A stretch of 64,000 nt of DNA from Haliotis rufescens (GCF_023055435.1 NW_025963824.1:30256001-30320000); one strand, 5' to 3'; positions 39,059 through 53,239 are shown, counted from the stretch's first letter. The notes: a model not told the origin generated them from the letters alone. Program-made: numbers and translations.

Positions 39059-40586
39059 TACTTCCATTATCCTTATCAGAGAATTCTAGATATGTCACAT
39101 ACTACTTCCCTAATTCCTAGTCAGAAAATTCTAGATCTGTCACAGACTTCTTCCCTAACTCCTAGTCAGAGAATTCCAGATATGTCACATACTACTTCCC
39201 TTCTCCTGGTCAGAGAATTCTTGATCTGTCACATACTACTTTCCTAGCTACTGTATTTTAGTCTGGTATGTTTGATGTGTTATGTACATGTTTCAGGTTG
39301 AAACCCCTCAAGTTCTAGAAAGGTATACTTAAGCACACCTCCCATATTTGACAATCAGCTTAAGTTCTACTTAAGTTCACCTTTTCCAAATTCCAGAACA
39401 TGCTTTGGCAACACTTCCAAGCATGATGACGGTCCACTTCAAGTCCACCATAAGTCCACTCCAAGTCCACTTGTACTAAGCCACCCTGAATGCTCTGTGG
39501 CAGCAACTTCAGAACACATGCAAATCTCACCTACTAAGCCCACTAAGGCCCTGAAACACTGAGATGCTAACTTTAAGCACAGGCCCGCATGGTTGAAATG
39601 GCAAACATCTTGAGTTATCTCCCTTGAATGGAAGGGCATTTCAAACGTCTTTCATAACTACCTCCCATTTTTTGGTTGCGATGTCTGATGAAGTGAATCA
39701 TTTCTCTTTGTTTGCCCTTTTCTCAGTAAACACTTGTCAAGAGACACGTTCAGTACACTTTCTGAAACTAATTCCGTCAACAATCACATATATAAGCATG
39801 GCACTCGAGCAATTGAGCATAACTGCCTTTACTTATTGCGTTACATAGGGATAATTATCTTCCACATGTCTGTCAAAAAGTCATACAGAGGAATTTTCTG
39901 TTCCCAAATGTGGATTTCCTTTATTTTATTGTTTTGGTTTACAGGTGTTAGTCGTTAATTTGCAGAACAAGTTCATCATTTGATCACTTTTACCCACGAA
40001 TGATTTTTCATCCTGCTTAAAAAAAGCCAAAATTATTTTTTTCTCTTTTTCATTGTAATCCATTTGTGCTTAAGATTTTTGAAGGTCCGTTGATTTTGAG
40101 AATAATATTCTTTTTATTCGGGTTTATGATGCAGCTTAAACGCTAGGTGCAGATATTATCACAGTCGTTCACAGTTTAAGTTTATTAAAACTAATTCTTA
40201 TCAACAATCATATTTGATAATTTCGTCAGAAAATGTTATGATGTTTTGCACATGATAATAGGGATTTTGGAAAGTATAAAAGCAATCTAGTGGTTTTAAT
40301 GTTTGTGTTCGATACCAATATGTTGATACTTCACAGTTCTATATTGTTTGTTTAGTGTTGTTGTTGTGTAATGTTCTTAATATAGGTCAGTTGTTAGTTT
40401 GGCTTCAACAATCTCACCACATGATGTGCACTGCACAGATATCCGAAGTAATGGTTGTTGAAATAACCTGCACACCATTCAGACAGCTCATCTAACTCAC
40501 CTGAACATTCTCTAATGTTTTGCACAGTGCAATAAATGAAGTCGCGGTATGCACACCTGTTTAACTTAAACGTGGACATCAATCTA

Positions 40587-40750
40587 AAAGAAATGGACCA
40601 GTCCATTTCAAAATTTGGGGGGTCAAATTTGGAAATTTATGAAAGAAATGGACCAGTCCATTTCAAAATTTGGGGGGTCAAATTTGGAAATTTATAAAAG
40701 AAATGGACCAGTCCATTACAAAATTTGGGGGGTCAAATTTGGAAATTTAT
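40587..40750. repeat. ~57-bp tandem repeat, 3 copies
   Basis: aaagaaatggaccagtccatttcaaaatttggggggtcaaatttggaaatttat. Confidence 0.9.
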
Positions 40751-41156
40751 TCAATTCAAATTGAAAATTTGAAATTGGATTCTTAGGTGTGCATACCCAT
40801 CATGTTTTACTTGTTTGTTTTGCCCATGTTTATATGCAATGACGTTAACATCTTTGAAAGATGCACAGAGTTCAAGAAAATAACCTGTTTGGTTGTCACA
40901 CCTGAAAAAAAAGGGGTTCCTTATCTCATTGGAGGAGGTTCCAAACCTTTGGGAAGATGACGCCAAGCGTAATGGGTTTCTTCCCAGAGCACTGTTTATT
41001 GAAGGTGTCATCATGGATTTGTCAGCCAGTATGGAAAAAAAACTGTTTAATTTGTCCGTTTTACACCAAAGGCCATCGGTCTCTCCACAGGCTGTGGACA
41101 CTCCTAGCTTTCTGCGTTATATCAGTGAGATTTGGCGTTCACCTTGTGGGTGCGTT

Positions 41157-42750
41157 TTATGTCGCTATGTATGGGTGCGTATCAGGGAGTTATGTATTGG
41201 TGCGTATTACATTGTTATGTATGGGTGCATAGTACGTCGTTTTGTATGGGTGAGTATCACGTCGTTATGTATGGGTGAGTATTACGTCGTTATGTATGGG
41301 TGCGTATTTCGTCAATATGTATGGGTGGGTATCACACAGTTATGTATGGGTGCGTATCACACAGTTATGTATGGGTGCGTATCACACAGTTATGTATGGG
41401 TGCGTATCACACAGTTATGTATGGGTGCGTATCACACAGTTATGTATGGGTGCGTATCACACAGTTATGTATGGGTGCGTATCACACAGTTATGTATGGG
41501 TGCATATCACGCCGTTATGTATGGGTGCGTATCACACAGTTATGTATGGGTGCGTATCACACAGTTATGTATGGGTGGGTATCAGGCACTTATGTATGGG
41601 TGCGTATTACACAGTTATGTATGGGTGAGTATCACGTCGCCTTGTGCAGATACAGTTGACGTAAGTCGGTTCACTAAATAAAACCGACAAGTATTGAGCA
41701 AGAAAATCCAGGCTTAAACTTGTGTTTTATGACAGAAAAATCCTAGGATCACACCTTTATTGAAATCCAAAGAAGCTGAATATTTCAATTCCAATTTGTC
41801 GATGATTTACTAGCAATTTGTCTACTACATCAGATTCAGAAACAACAACAACCCTTTGCAACATCTCCTGGCTCCCTATGGCAATACCAGGTTGGTCCAA
41901 TCTCACACCTCTTCAAGGAATGGAGAAATTCTCCTTCCTTCTCTCACAACTTCTGGCTCAACATGCCTGACACAAACAATTCTGGCCTATTCGAAAAAAG
42001 AATTTACGAATTAAGATGCAAACTAGTGACTTAAGAAGTCAAGCCTATTTTGAAAGAGTTCAGAAATTCAGATTTGAATGATTGACCTGAGATATTTTGG
42101 CCCATAATGATTGAAAAATCCGAATGATTGTCTGACAAAATTTTGGGTATTTTAAAACAAATTTGGTTATTTAAATTTGAATAAAGAATTTTTGTTGCAT
42201 TCAAATTAGTGATATGGGATTAATCACACAGTTATGTATGGGTGCGTATCACACAGTTATGTATGGGTGCGTATCACACAGTTTTGTATTGGTGCGTATC
42301 ACACTGTTATGTATGGGTGCGTATCACACTGTTATGTATGGGTGCGTATCACACAGTTATGTATGGGTGCGTATCACACTGTTATGTATGGGTGCTTATC
42401 ACACTGTTATGTATGGGTGCGTATCAGGCAGTTATGTATGGGTGCGTATTACATCGTTATGTATTTTGAGTATCACACTGTTATGTATGGGTGCGTATCA
42501 CACAGTTATGTATGGGTGCGTATCAGGCAGTTATGTATGGGTGAGTATTACGTCGTTTTGTATGGGTGCGTATCACGTCGTTATGTATGGGTGCGTATCA
42601 TGTCGTTATGTATAGGTGGGTATCAGGCATTTATGTATGGATGTGTATTACGTCGTTATGTATGGGTGCGTATTACATCGTTATGTATGGGTGCAAATCA
42701 TGCCATTATGTACAGGTGCGTATTACATCGTTATGTTTGGATGCGTATCA
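41157..42750. repeat. 25-bp minisatellite in two blocks (41157-41637, 42225-42750)
   Basis: tatgtatgggtgcgtatcacacagt. Confidence 0.92.
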
Positions 42751-43612
42751 TTCTGTTGTGTTACACTTTTCAATGTCTATTTTAGTCGGAAAACAATAGA
42801 AAGTATCCATACCATATCATTTCCGCTGCAGAAATAAACTAAGCAGTGTTAGAAATTGTTAGTCCTTGCCAAACTGCTAAATAGTTAAGGTATCATAAGG
42901 ACTAGTAGAAATTTGCCAATTTTAAGGGTTTTGCTATATGCTATCATTATAATGACTAGTGGACTAAGGAATGTGCTCTTCGCAGCACTGCAATAAGATA
43001 GAAAGCTGTGGAGTGTCGCGCCTTGTGCAGATACAGTTGACGTAAGTCGGTTCACTAAATAAAACCGACAAGTATTGAGCAAGAAAATCCAGGCTTAAAC
43101 TTGTGTTTTATGACAGAAAAATCCTAGGATCACACCTTTATTGAAATCCAAAGAAGCTGAATATTTCAATTCCAATTTGTCGATGATTTACTAGCAATTT
43201 GTCTACTACATCAGATTCAGAAACCACCACAACCCTTTGCAACATCTCCTGGCTCCCTATGGCAATACCAGGTTGGTCCGATCTCACACCTCTTCAAGGA
43301 ATGGAGAAATTCTCCTTCCTTCTCTCACAACTTCTGGCTCAACATGCCTGACACAAACAATTCTGGCCTATTCGAAAAAAGAATTTATGAATTTAGATGC
43401 AAACTGGTGACTTCAAAAATCAGACCTATTTTGAAAGAGTTCAGAAATTCAGATTTGAATGATTGACCTGAGATATTTTGGCCCTTAATGATTGATAAAT
43501 CCGAATGATTGTCTTGAATCTGACGAAATTTTGGGTATTTTAAAACAAATTTGGTTATTTAAATTTGAAAAAAGAATTTTTGTTGCATTCAAATTAGTGA
43601 TATGGGATTAAT
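41638..43612 (+). repeat. ~590-bp direct duplication (41638-42224 and 43019-43612)
   Basis: Colinear, few substitutions, one 7-nt indel. Confidence 0.93.
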
Positions 43613-44302
43613 TCGAACAGATTCAGTGTCCAGATTGAAATGTCATTTGTTAAAACCAGATCACATTGAACTTTTGGTTATTTTTTATAGAACCATGAAA
43701 ATAATTTATTTTAATGATGACAATCAGAATATTTTATTTTAGACTACCTGGAAATTAAACTTTTCCTTTTTAAAAGTCCTGAAAGCTTTATTGAATCAGA
43801 TGTTAACTGAACATCTATCAGGAAGGAATGTTGTAATCAGTGACCCTGAACATTAAGTAAAGCAACGGTTTAAACATAAAATCCTGAAATTCTCCGTTGC
43901 TGCAGGTTCTTGCACTCTGTACAACTCCACCATATAATCAGACTATTTTTTTTGTGCTTATACTGGTACTTGCTTTTTTACAAATGGCTCTAGTTTGTAT
44001 AGTGCAATAAGAAATTGATTAAAGTGAGAATCTTTAGCAAGGGCTTGTAGAAATGAAATGTTTGTGTGTTGCTTAATTTGAAAATTAAATGCATTGATTA
44101 CTTATTCTGTTGTTTTGCAAATGATTGGCATACTTCCAATTGTCAGAGCTATGCATACAGTCAGTATCATATGGCAGATAAATGTTTTTGGAAGAAATTT
44201 TTGTGAATATAACTATGCCAGATATTTGTTATGGATCTTATATAATGTCTCTTCATCATGTCTTTGTATTCGTGTACAGGTGCCTCTACCCTCTTTACCA
44301 TG

Positions 44303-46004
44303 TCCCCCAACCCCTGACCACATCCTCACCAATGCTGACCCCCAACCCTGTCCACATCCCCGCCAACGCTGACCCCCAACTCTGTCCACATCCCCACGAA
44401 CGCTGACCCCAAACCCTGTCCACATCCCCACCAATGCTGACTCCCAACCCTGTCCACATCCCCACCAATGCTGACTCCCAACCCTGTCCACATGCCCACC
44501 AACGCTGACCCCTCAACCCCTGACCACATCCCCACCAATGCTGACCCCCAACCCTGTCCACATCCCCACCAATGCTGACCCCCAACCCTGTCCACATCCC
44601 CGCCAACGCTGACCCCCAACCCTGTCCACATCCCCACGAACGCTGACCCCAAACCCTGTCCACATCCCCACGAATGCTGACCCCCAACCCTGTCCACATC
44701 CCCACCAATGCTGACCCTTCAACCCCTGACCACATCCCCACCAACGCTGACCCCCAACCCCTGTCCACATCCCCACGAACGCTGACCCCAAACCCTGTCC
44801 ACATCCCCACCAATGCTGACCCTTCAACCCCTGACCACATCCCCACCAACGCTGACCCCCAACCCCTGTCCACATCCCCACGAACGCTGACCCCAAACCC
44901 TGTCCACATCCCCACCAATGCTGACCCCCAACCCTGTCCACATCCCCACCAATGCTGACCCTTCAACCCCTGACCACATCCCCACCAACGCTGACCCCCA
45001 ACCCCTGTCCACATCCCCACGAACGCTGACCCCAAACCCTGTCCACATCCCCACCAATGCTGACCCCCAACCCTGTCCACATCCCCACCAATGCTGACCC
45101 TTCAACCCCTGACCACATCCCCACCAATGCTGACCCCCCAACCCCTGTCCACATCCCCACGAACGCTGACCCCAAACCCTGTCCACATCCCCACCAATGC
45201 TGACCCCCAACCCTGACCACATCCCCACCAACGCTGACCCCCAACCCTGACCACATCCCCACCAATGCTGACCCCCCAACCCCTGACCACATTCCCGCCA
45301 ACGCTGACCCCCAACCCTGTCCACATCCCCACGAACGCTGACCCCAAACCCTGTCCACATCCCCACGAATGCTGACCCCCAACCCTGTCCACATCCCCAC
45401 CAATGCTGACCCTTCAACCCCTGACCACATCCCCACCAACGCTGACCCCCAACCCTGTCCACATCCCCACCAATGCTGACCCCCCAACCCCTGACCACAT
45501 CCCCACGAACGCTGACCCCAAACCCTGTCCACATCCCCACCAATGCTGACCCCCAACCCTGTCCACATCCCCACCAATGCTGACCCCCAACCCTGTCCAC
45601 ATCCCCACCAACGCTGACCCCCAACCCCTGTCCACATCCCCACCAATGCTGACCCCTCAACCCCTGACCACATTCCCATCAACGCTGACCCCCCCCAACC
45701 CTGTCCACATCCCCACCAACGCTACCCCCCAACCCCTGTCCACATCCCCACCAATGCTGACCCCCCAACCCCTGACCACATTCCCATCAACGCTGACCCC
45801 CCCAACCCTGTCCACATCCCCACCAACGCTGACCCCCAACCCCTGACCACATGCCCACCAACACTGACCCCCCAACCCCTGTCCACATCCCCACCAATGC
45901 TGACCCCCCAACCCCTGACCACATTCCCATCAATGCTGACCCCCCAACCCCTGACCACATCCCCATCAACGCTGACCCCCCCAACCCCTGACCACATCCC
46001 CAAC
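44303..46004. repeat. 34-36-bp C-rich minisatellite, ~49 copies
   Basis: cccccaaccctgtccacatccccaccaatgctga. Confidence 0.95.
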
Positions 46005-47324
46005 CTCAGCTACCAGGCACAACCTACCACTGCTACCCCAACCCCAACCCCAACCCAACCCCAACCTCCAATATCATAGCTGCCAATCATTGTCCACAGC
46101 CAACTCTCACAACCAACAACCCTCCACCCCCAATCCGCCCCAACACAACCCCCCAACCTCCACCCAACCTTCCCAAGTCGAAGAAGCACCCATCTTGTGT
46201 GTCTATTCTACCACCCTCCATCACTCCAGCTGGTGTTCCCCAAGCTGGTGTTCCCCAAGCTGGTGTGTTTGTTGATTTGTTGAAATGAGAACAGAAGCCA
46301 CTGATTCAGGAAAATAGCATTCCGCCACTCATCCTTAGCTTTTATGAAAAGCTAACATTAGAATGCCCAAGGGAATCATTGGTAATATGTTGATGCATTC
46401 CGAGCCTGTCTCTAAAATGTATTAATCTCATTGACTGAAATAGATTTATTTACCTGTGAGTAAATTAGGAGTGACAAAATCTAAGGGGATTATTTTGCTG
46501 CAGATGAGTCGTAGCAAGCTGTAATCTTGTCACTGCATCAAATCGGCAGTGCTTCGGTGTCAGCTACTTCTAAGATGCTTGTTAGCTTCACGCCTTGCAC
46601 TTTGTCTAAATTACCTAGGGAGCCCGATAAGCGAATGTAGTTAATGCTACTTTCTGGAAAACTGTTTATCTTAATTCGGGAGCCTCAGGCGAACATTGAG
46701 CTTTGTTGCTCTGGTAATGGGGGCTCGATCAACCAGCCATTGCCACAAATTGTCCAGCCCCGACCAAAAACTGTTTCTTGTTCACACCTTACAACGATCC
46801 ATTTATCTTTTCATCGAGGCACAATTGTGATAACTAAATTCTGTATGGCACTGTCCGAACTGCCAGTTCTTGTTACGGAGAATCAATGCCCACAATTCCA
46901 AGGGAAGTGGCTATCAGCATGAATGGTCGGCATGTGGTCGGCTCCCAGCTGGTGTAACACAACACCTTGGGCAGCTTGTCAATAGGCCAGACTGGTCCTT
47001 CTCTATCAGTCTTCCCCAGTATTTCCAATCCCACCTTCCACCCACCACCAACCACCCAGTCACCTTCCACCCATCCACCCACCACCCATCCACCCGCCAC
47101 CCAGTCACCCACCACCCAGTCACCTATCGCAGATCCACCCAATTACCACCCACCTCCAATTCACTTTCCGCTCCAAGCCTACCCAATACAGTTTCCTCCC
47201 CAGTGTCAGTCTTGATTGTATTTCAGGATAAGTCAATGATTTGTCTTTCTGGCTTGTCTTGACTTGACTTTTCATTTGACAGCTATTTTTTTTACAAGGT
47301 GTAAGTTCTCTTTTAATCTAGCTA

Positions 47325-48270
47325 AATATTTCCCATCCCAGTATTACCCCTCCCCATATTCCTCATCCCCTTATTCCCTATCCCCTTATTCCCTACCCCT
47401 TTATTCCCCATTTAGGCATTCCCCATCCCCATCCCCATCCCCATCCCCGTTTTCCCCATCCCCGTATTCCCAATCCCCATTATTCCCCATCCCCATAATC
47501 CCCATCCAGGTATCCCCCGTATTCTTCATCCCAATATTCCCCATCCCAGTATTCCCCGTATTCCTCATCCCCATATTCCTCATCCCAGTATTCCCCATCC
47601 CAGTATTCCCCATATTCCTCATCTCAGTATTCCCCATATTCCTCATCCCTGTATTCCCCATCCCGATATTCCCCATCCCCGTATTCCCCATCCCTGTATT
47701 CCCCATCCCTGTATTCCCCATCCCCGTATTCCCCATCCCAGTATTCCCCGTCTTCCCCGTCTTCCCCATCCCCATATTCCCCATCCCAGTATTCCCAATA
47801 TTCCTCATCTCAGTATTCCCCATATCCCTCATCCCTGTATTCCCCATCCCAGTATTTCCCATATTCCTCATCTCAGTATTCCCCATATTCCTCATCCCTG
47901 TATTCCCCATCCAAGTATTCCCCATTTTCCTCATCTCAGTATTCCCCATATTCCTCATCCCTGTATTTCCCATCCCAGTATTCCCCATATTCCTCATCCC
48001 AGTATTCCCCATCCTAGTATTCCCCATATTCCTCATCTCAGTATTCCCCATATTCCTCATCCCTGTATTCCCCATCCCTATATTCCCCATCCCCGTATTC
48101 CCCATCCCCGTATTCACCATCCCAGTATTCCCCGTCTTCCCCATCCCCATATTTCCCATCCCTGTATTTCCCATCCCAGTATTCCCCATATTCCTCAACC
48201 CCATATTCCCCATCCCAGTATTCCCCCACCCCAGCATTCCCCATCCCCATATTCCCCATCCCCGTATTCT
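47325..48270. repeat. pyrimidine-rich simple repeat (TATTCCCCA/TCCCCA)
   Basis: 9/15-bp periodicity, ends ~110 nt before E7. Confidence 0.9.
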
Positions 48271-48382
48271 CCTTCCCACTCTCTCCCTGCCAGCTGAGCC
48301 ACCAGGACACACAGACCGGAGAATGTCATCGACTGTTTTGTTTCATGCCACCATGTTGACCCCCGTCTGTGTTCTCTTCCAG

Positions 48383-48633
48383 GCCGGTATGTTCACAGAG
48401 CAGCTGAACTCTGTTTTCCCCCAAGTTCAGCCCACCACTCTGATAGCTCCGCAAGCTACCGTGACGGCCGTGCCCCACCCCTCAATGGCGTCCACGCCTG
48501 TCCTCGCTAGCCCGGTGTCGCAGGTGAATACCACCACCACCTCCGCACAGCAGAATGCCCCCTGTTCCACGTTGTTTGTAGCTAATTTGGGACAGTTTAG
48601 CTCAGAACAAGAACTCAAAGACTTGTTTAACAG
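48383..48633 (+). CDS. cpo: cpo exon E7 (linker and start of RRM2)
   Basis: gttctcttccag|GCC...AAC AG|gtgagg; 251 nt, phase 0-2; ends NAPCSTLFVANLGQFSSEQELKDLFN (RRM2 RNP2). Confidence 0.93.
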
Positions 48634-50529
48634 GTGAGGCCACGCTATTTGTAAGATGGATTTGGAACTGAGGCCAAAAATTGTTACCGAAAAATCAAGA
48701 ATGGTTAGAACCAATGGCCGCCAGGGGTGCTTCTATTTTTAACAGGTCTTTGACCATGGGAGTGAGGTTTGAAATCATTTTAGTGGGTGAAATAAAACAA
48801 AAAGGTCTTCAGCAAATCTGTCTGCATAGGTTTCAGCAACTTTAGTTCAAATGACTTTTGAGAAATATGTTGTGGTTTGAAACAATGGCCACTGAAAATA
48901 TACTTGTAAGTTGTTCAACAGCTCTTTGAGAATGTCTTTTGAGGGGTCATGTCCACGAAGATGTGAGCATCAGATGGCATGGGGACAAGTAAATCGCACT
49001 TAAAGCAGTATTTGGGGCTTGATTAATCTAGTGGAACAATTTGATGTCTTGCTACAGTCACCTTTATGTAGAACATAGCTGCACATGTTAGCTGGTAAAG
49101 TCGGTTGAGGGGCACTAAGGTAGACAGGCAGTATGTTAGGTTGTTAGGAAACCAGCATGTTTGAACTTGGCAACACGCTCCGTGCATCAACACCCAATCA
49201 TCTGCTGACGTACATGTATCAGTGTTTCATGACAACTAGTTACAAACCTCAAGTTTCCAGCCCACCCTAAGTGGAAATATGGCGCCAATTGGCTGCTTTG
49301 AAATAATTTTGAAACAATGTGGCAAATTATGTGGTTGAATTTTCTGATTTTCAAACATATCTAAATTGATTTATGTATACATTTTAGATCCATATTGAGT
49401 AAAAGTTTGAACCAAAATTCGCAGGGGAAAGAACTAGCACCAATGTCTTTGGTCGAGGTAACTTGTTGTTTGTGAAGTGTTCTTGATTTGTGGAAACTTG
49501 TGCTAGTTTTTGTGTTGACGTACTGTACAGTCTTCGTACCACATTCATACCATTGACTTGTCTGTACAGAACCACTTATGATTTTGAACGTGAATTTTTT
49601 TTATTCCATTGCAACTGAGTGACTTTGTACTCTTGTGTTCCAACCATGTAGCCATGCGTATCACTTGTGAACACATGGCCATGCCACTCACAGAATGTTC
49701 TATGGTTGACTATTTCCTCATGGTATTTTCAGCGTACATTTCTTCCCTGCATTGTAATCAACTCAGCTTTAGTTTTACACCACAAACTTCAACTCTAAAA
49801 ATAATGGAAATTTTCGGATTTTGTAAACATGATTCAATTGACTATTTTCAGATCAATCTTGAAATTCTCTTGGATTTTTATAAAGATGAGACAATTGTCG
49901 CTGAATGCACTTGTTTTAATGTGGTGTATTTCTAAACAATAAGTTTCATGCACTCATAGACAAATTATGTCCCTTGATGCACAATTTTAGGAGAGTTACC
50001 TCCCTTCTTTCTTGCTTTTCTAACAGACTCTTTGCATTTATATCAAGTAATCGTTTATGGTCTCAAATTGTCAATTTTGTATGATATTTATCTGGTATCG
50101 GTAAATATGGTCATAATTGATAATTTGTATACAGAGAATGTAAGGGTAAGAGCCTTACACAGTTGTCCTTCATTGAAGTAATACAATACACAACTTAACA
50201 TGTGGAAGCATAACTAGAAATGCAATTCTTTAGACTCTCCTTCTTTCTAATGACATCCATTGATCTTTATGAAGACGTATATCAGTAATTATGTTTATAC
50301 CATGACAAACTACATCAAACGTTGATAGCGTGGAATTAAAGGTAAATGTGATTTCTAACCATCACAAGACGTCCAGCATCAAAGAAGAAAAATCAATAAC
50401 TTCTGAAATGACTCCAGAATTGGAATCTAAGGGAAGGAACTCTCCTAACCACAAAGCTGTCCACAGTTACCCCCCTTGAAGTGTTTTGCTCTTTCCTGCT
50501 GACATTATTTTGCTTTTTTTCTGTTTCAG

Positions 50530-50599
50530 TTTTGCAGGATTTAGCCGACTGCGTATGCACAATAAAGGAGGATCACCTGTAGCTTTTGTAGAATACCAG
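50530..50599 (+). CDS. cpo: cpo exon E8 (RRM2 RNP1)
   Basis: ctgtttcag|T TTT...CAG|gtgtgt; 70 nt, phase 2-0; (S)FAGFSRLRMHNKGGSPVAFVEYQ. Confidence 0.95.
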
Positions 50600-50994
50600 G
50601 TGTGTTTTAGGTTTTGGCTCCATCCATCCGTCATTCCAGTGTCCACATCTCCTCAGTTCTGCATGTTAAGGCTGCATGTGTGTCTCGAAAAACGTCCATG
50701 GCCCGTCGTTGTTAACCCTTCAGTGTTGATTTTGATCTTTCAGAAAGAAATTCCTTGTAATCAGTGCAAAATGTAGATGTTACCAGGTACTAGGAGGGGA
50801 ATCTGTCTAGTTGTCAACCCTAGAATATAATGTTTTCAAATTTCAGAAACTACCCATGCTATTATGGGGCGAAAAGTATTTTCCCCCTTTCGAATGAGTC
50901 ATTATGCTAACGTACCATGAGTGGTAAACTTGAGTATCATTCTTGGCCTCAAAATAATCATTTGCGTTTTCAGAAGCAATTTGTTAACAGATCT

Positions 50995-51124
50995 GGGAGG
51001 TGGGTTAGCCTGGTGCTGGAAGTGTTTGCTTATTAGAATGAAGACCTTGTTTGATTGTCCATGCTATTTCCCATACTATGGCTGGAATATGTTAGAAGTG
51101 ACAGAAAACCTCACTCACTCACTC
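50995..51124 (+). mobile_element. degenerate SINE family A
   Basis: Decayed head and gctggaatat...aaacctcactcactc tail. Confidence 0.6.
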
Positions 51125-51145
51125 TGGGGACGTAGCACCTCACAG

Positions 51146-51474
51146 AGGTGAGGTGAGGTGAGGTGATGTGAAATGGGGTTTAACGTCGCATCCAAGATTA
51201 TTGCACTTATATAGTGACGTGCATGCACATGTGTGTGTGGCTGCTTGTACAAGTCCGGACTGATGCCGATTTATAGTGCTAGCTCACTGAGATACCAGTT
51301 TAACATGGATACCCCACTCAGACACAGTATAGTGACTCTGAGCCGACCGAATGTCAGACAGGGCAACAACAAGTACCATCTTTTAACGTCTTTTGGTATG
51401 ACGCGGCCGGGAACCGAACCCCGGACCTTCCGCTCTCTGGGTGGACGCTCTACCACTAGACCACGGAGGCGTCC
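51146..51474 (-). mobile_element. SINE family C with internal deletions
   Basis: Colinear with the 4628 copy. Confidence 0.85.
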
Positions 51475-52151
51475 CCTCCCACAGGGGCCAAGCAGGGTGG
51501 AGTTGTGGAAGCACTATGTAGTCCAGTCCAACCATGTTGTATCGGGTCATTTTAACAACACAGACTAGTCTCGGTGGTGCTCTTCCAGATGGATGTTGAT
51601 CCTCATTAGATCGAGACAGGGTGTTATTTTCACACAGCATCAATCACAATGTCTAGACCTGGATGAGAGGCTGACATTTTAATGCTGCCTTTACTCTACA
51701 TTCTGTTATTTGATGGGCTTATGTTTCTCAAACTTACAAATATTCATAATAACTTGTTTGAAGCCACTGTAAAGTCAAGTCATTTTAATTAAAACGTATG
51801 TCATTGTTGATTTAATAACAATGATTCAAAGTGAAAAGTCAACAGTTTGATTGTAAGTCTGTTTGAGAGGGGAGAAAAACACTGATACTCTTGTCCTGCA
51901 CTATCCTACGGTGCCGACTTTTAACAAAAGGGCATTCATTGCAGTTATTGACTAAAAATAGATCCAATTTGGTATTCCAAGAATAGATCTGCAAATTGCC
52001 GAGAGATAAGGTGAGGTTGATCCTGTCTGTAAATGGTCAAGACTGGAACAGGCAGATCAAAGGTTGATAGTGTAGCAGGGTACGGAGTCAAGTCACAGAC
52101 GACATCCTTACCTTGCCAGCTTACTCTCATGGCTAACATCTTTGGTCATGT

Positions 52152-52319
52152 GGGACGGTCGGGTAGCCTAGTGGTTAAAGCGTTCGCTCATCACACCGAA
52201 GACCCGGGTTCGATTCCCGACATTGGTATTATGTGTGAAGCCCATTTCTGGTGTCCCCCGCCGTGATATTGCTGGAATATTTCTAAAAGCGGCATAAAAC
52301 CTCACTCACTCACTCACTC
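52152..52319 (+). mobile_element. SINE family A
   Basis: Intact box A/B; 14-bp TSD TCTTTGGTCATGTG. Confidence 0.9.
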
Positions 52320-52904
52320 TTTGGTCATGTGACAAGCTGTCCAACTTCGGATGAGAAAGTCTGTGGTTGGAGTGCCATCATAGGACTCGGACATACTAAG
52401 ATATAGGTTGGGCGTTGTGGCACATAAATCGTATGGCAATGTATTGCAATATGGAGAGCTATATAGCTATACATATTGCAATACGTATTGGGTCCCAAAT
52501 ATATATTTGTACTGTTCAAATGGTACTTCTTCATTCAATAATCCCGACTTCAGATTGCGAGATGGGTAGTTTGGTTTCTACTATAAACGAGACTAGCTAT
52601 TGCGTCATCAGTGTGGAATGTTTACGTGGTTTATATTGGAACCCGGTCCATCCAAATGCCTCAAGATAGTAGATATAATTTATGTTATTATGTATTAATT
52701 CTTCTGTGACTTTATCGGAAAATATTGCTGCGCAGGGGTTGTCTTGCGATATGTGTGTTGCTGATGGCTGTGTTGAAATATACCAGTATTCCAGTTATAT
52801 AGCACACCCCTATACGATATGGGTACAAGGCCCCACAATCAACAACGTGACACAATGTTACCACTGTATAACCATACGTCTGCTATAACAGGTATTTTAA
52901 TATA

Positions 52905-53239
52905 CCGTATTCGACGTAATGAGCGCCCCGCTCTAATAAGCGCCCACCGCGATATTTGCCAGTGAACAATCCTAATTAGTACCCCTTCCGATTGATCAAT
53001 GTACACAAGACTTATTTATTCACGTATAATACGCACTCGTGTGTTATATGCACACTTAATTATGAGCAATTAAATTCTGGAAACATATATCTGTCGTACA
53101 TAAACATTTCAGGCTGTCAGCATAAACCACAAAATTTATCTTTTAAATTTTAACTTTTTTTCACTAAAATAATATTCTAATAAGAGCCCCCTATTTCTAA
53201 TTTTGAGAGCGCCCTGGACACTTATTACGTCGAATACAG
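52905..53239. mobile_element. second copy of the same MITE, inverted relative to 15018
   Basis: Same TIRs and TA flanks; interior is the reverse complement of 15018-15343. Confidence 0.9.

Noticed and set aside
47264-48382. 457-aa ORF (FPIPV repeats) and its antisense GNTGM ORF
   Set aside because: Translation of a simple repeat; only 48383-48633 is a real exon
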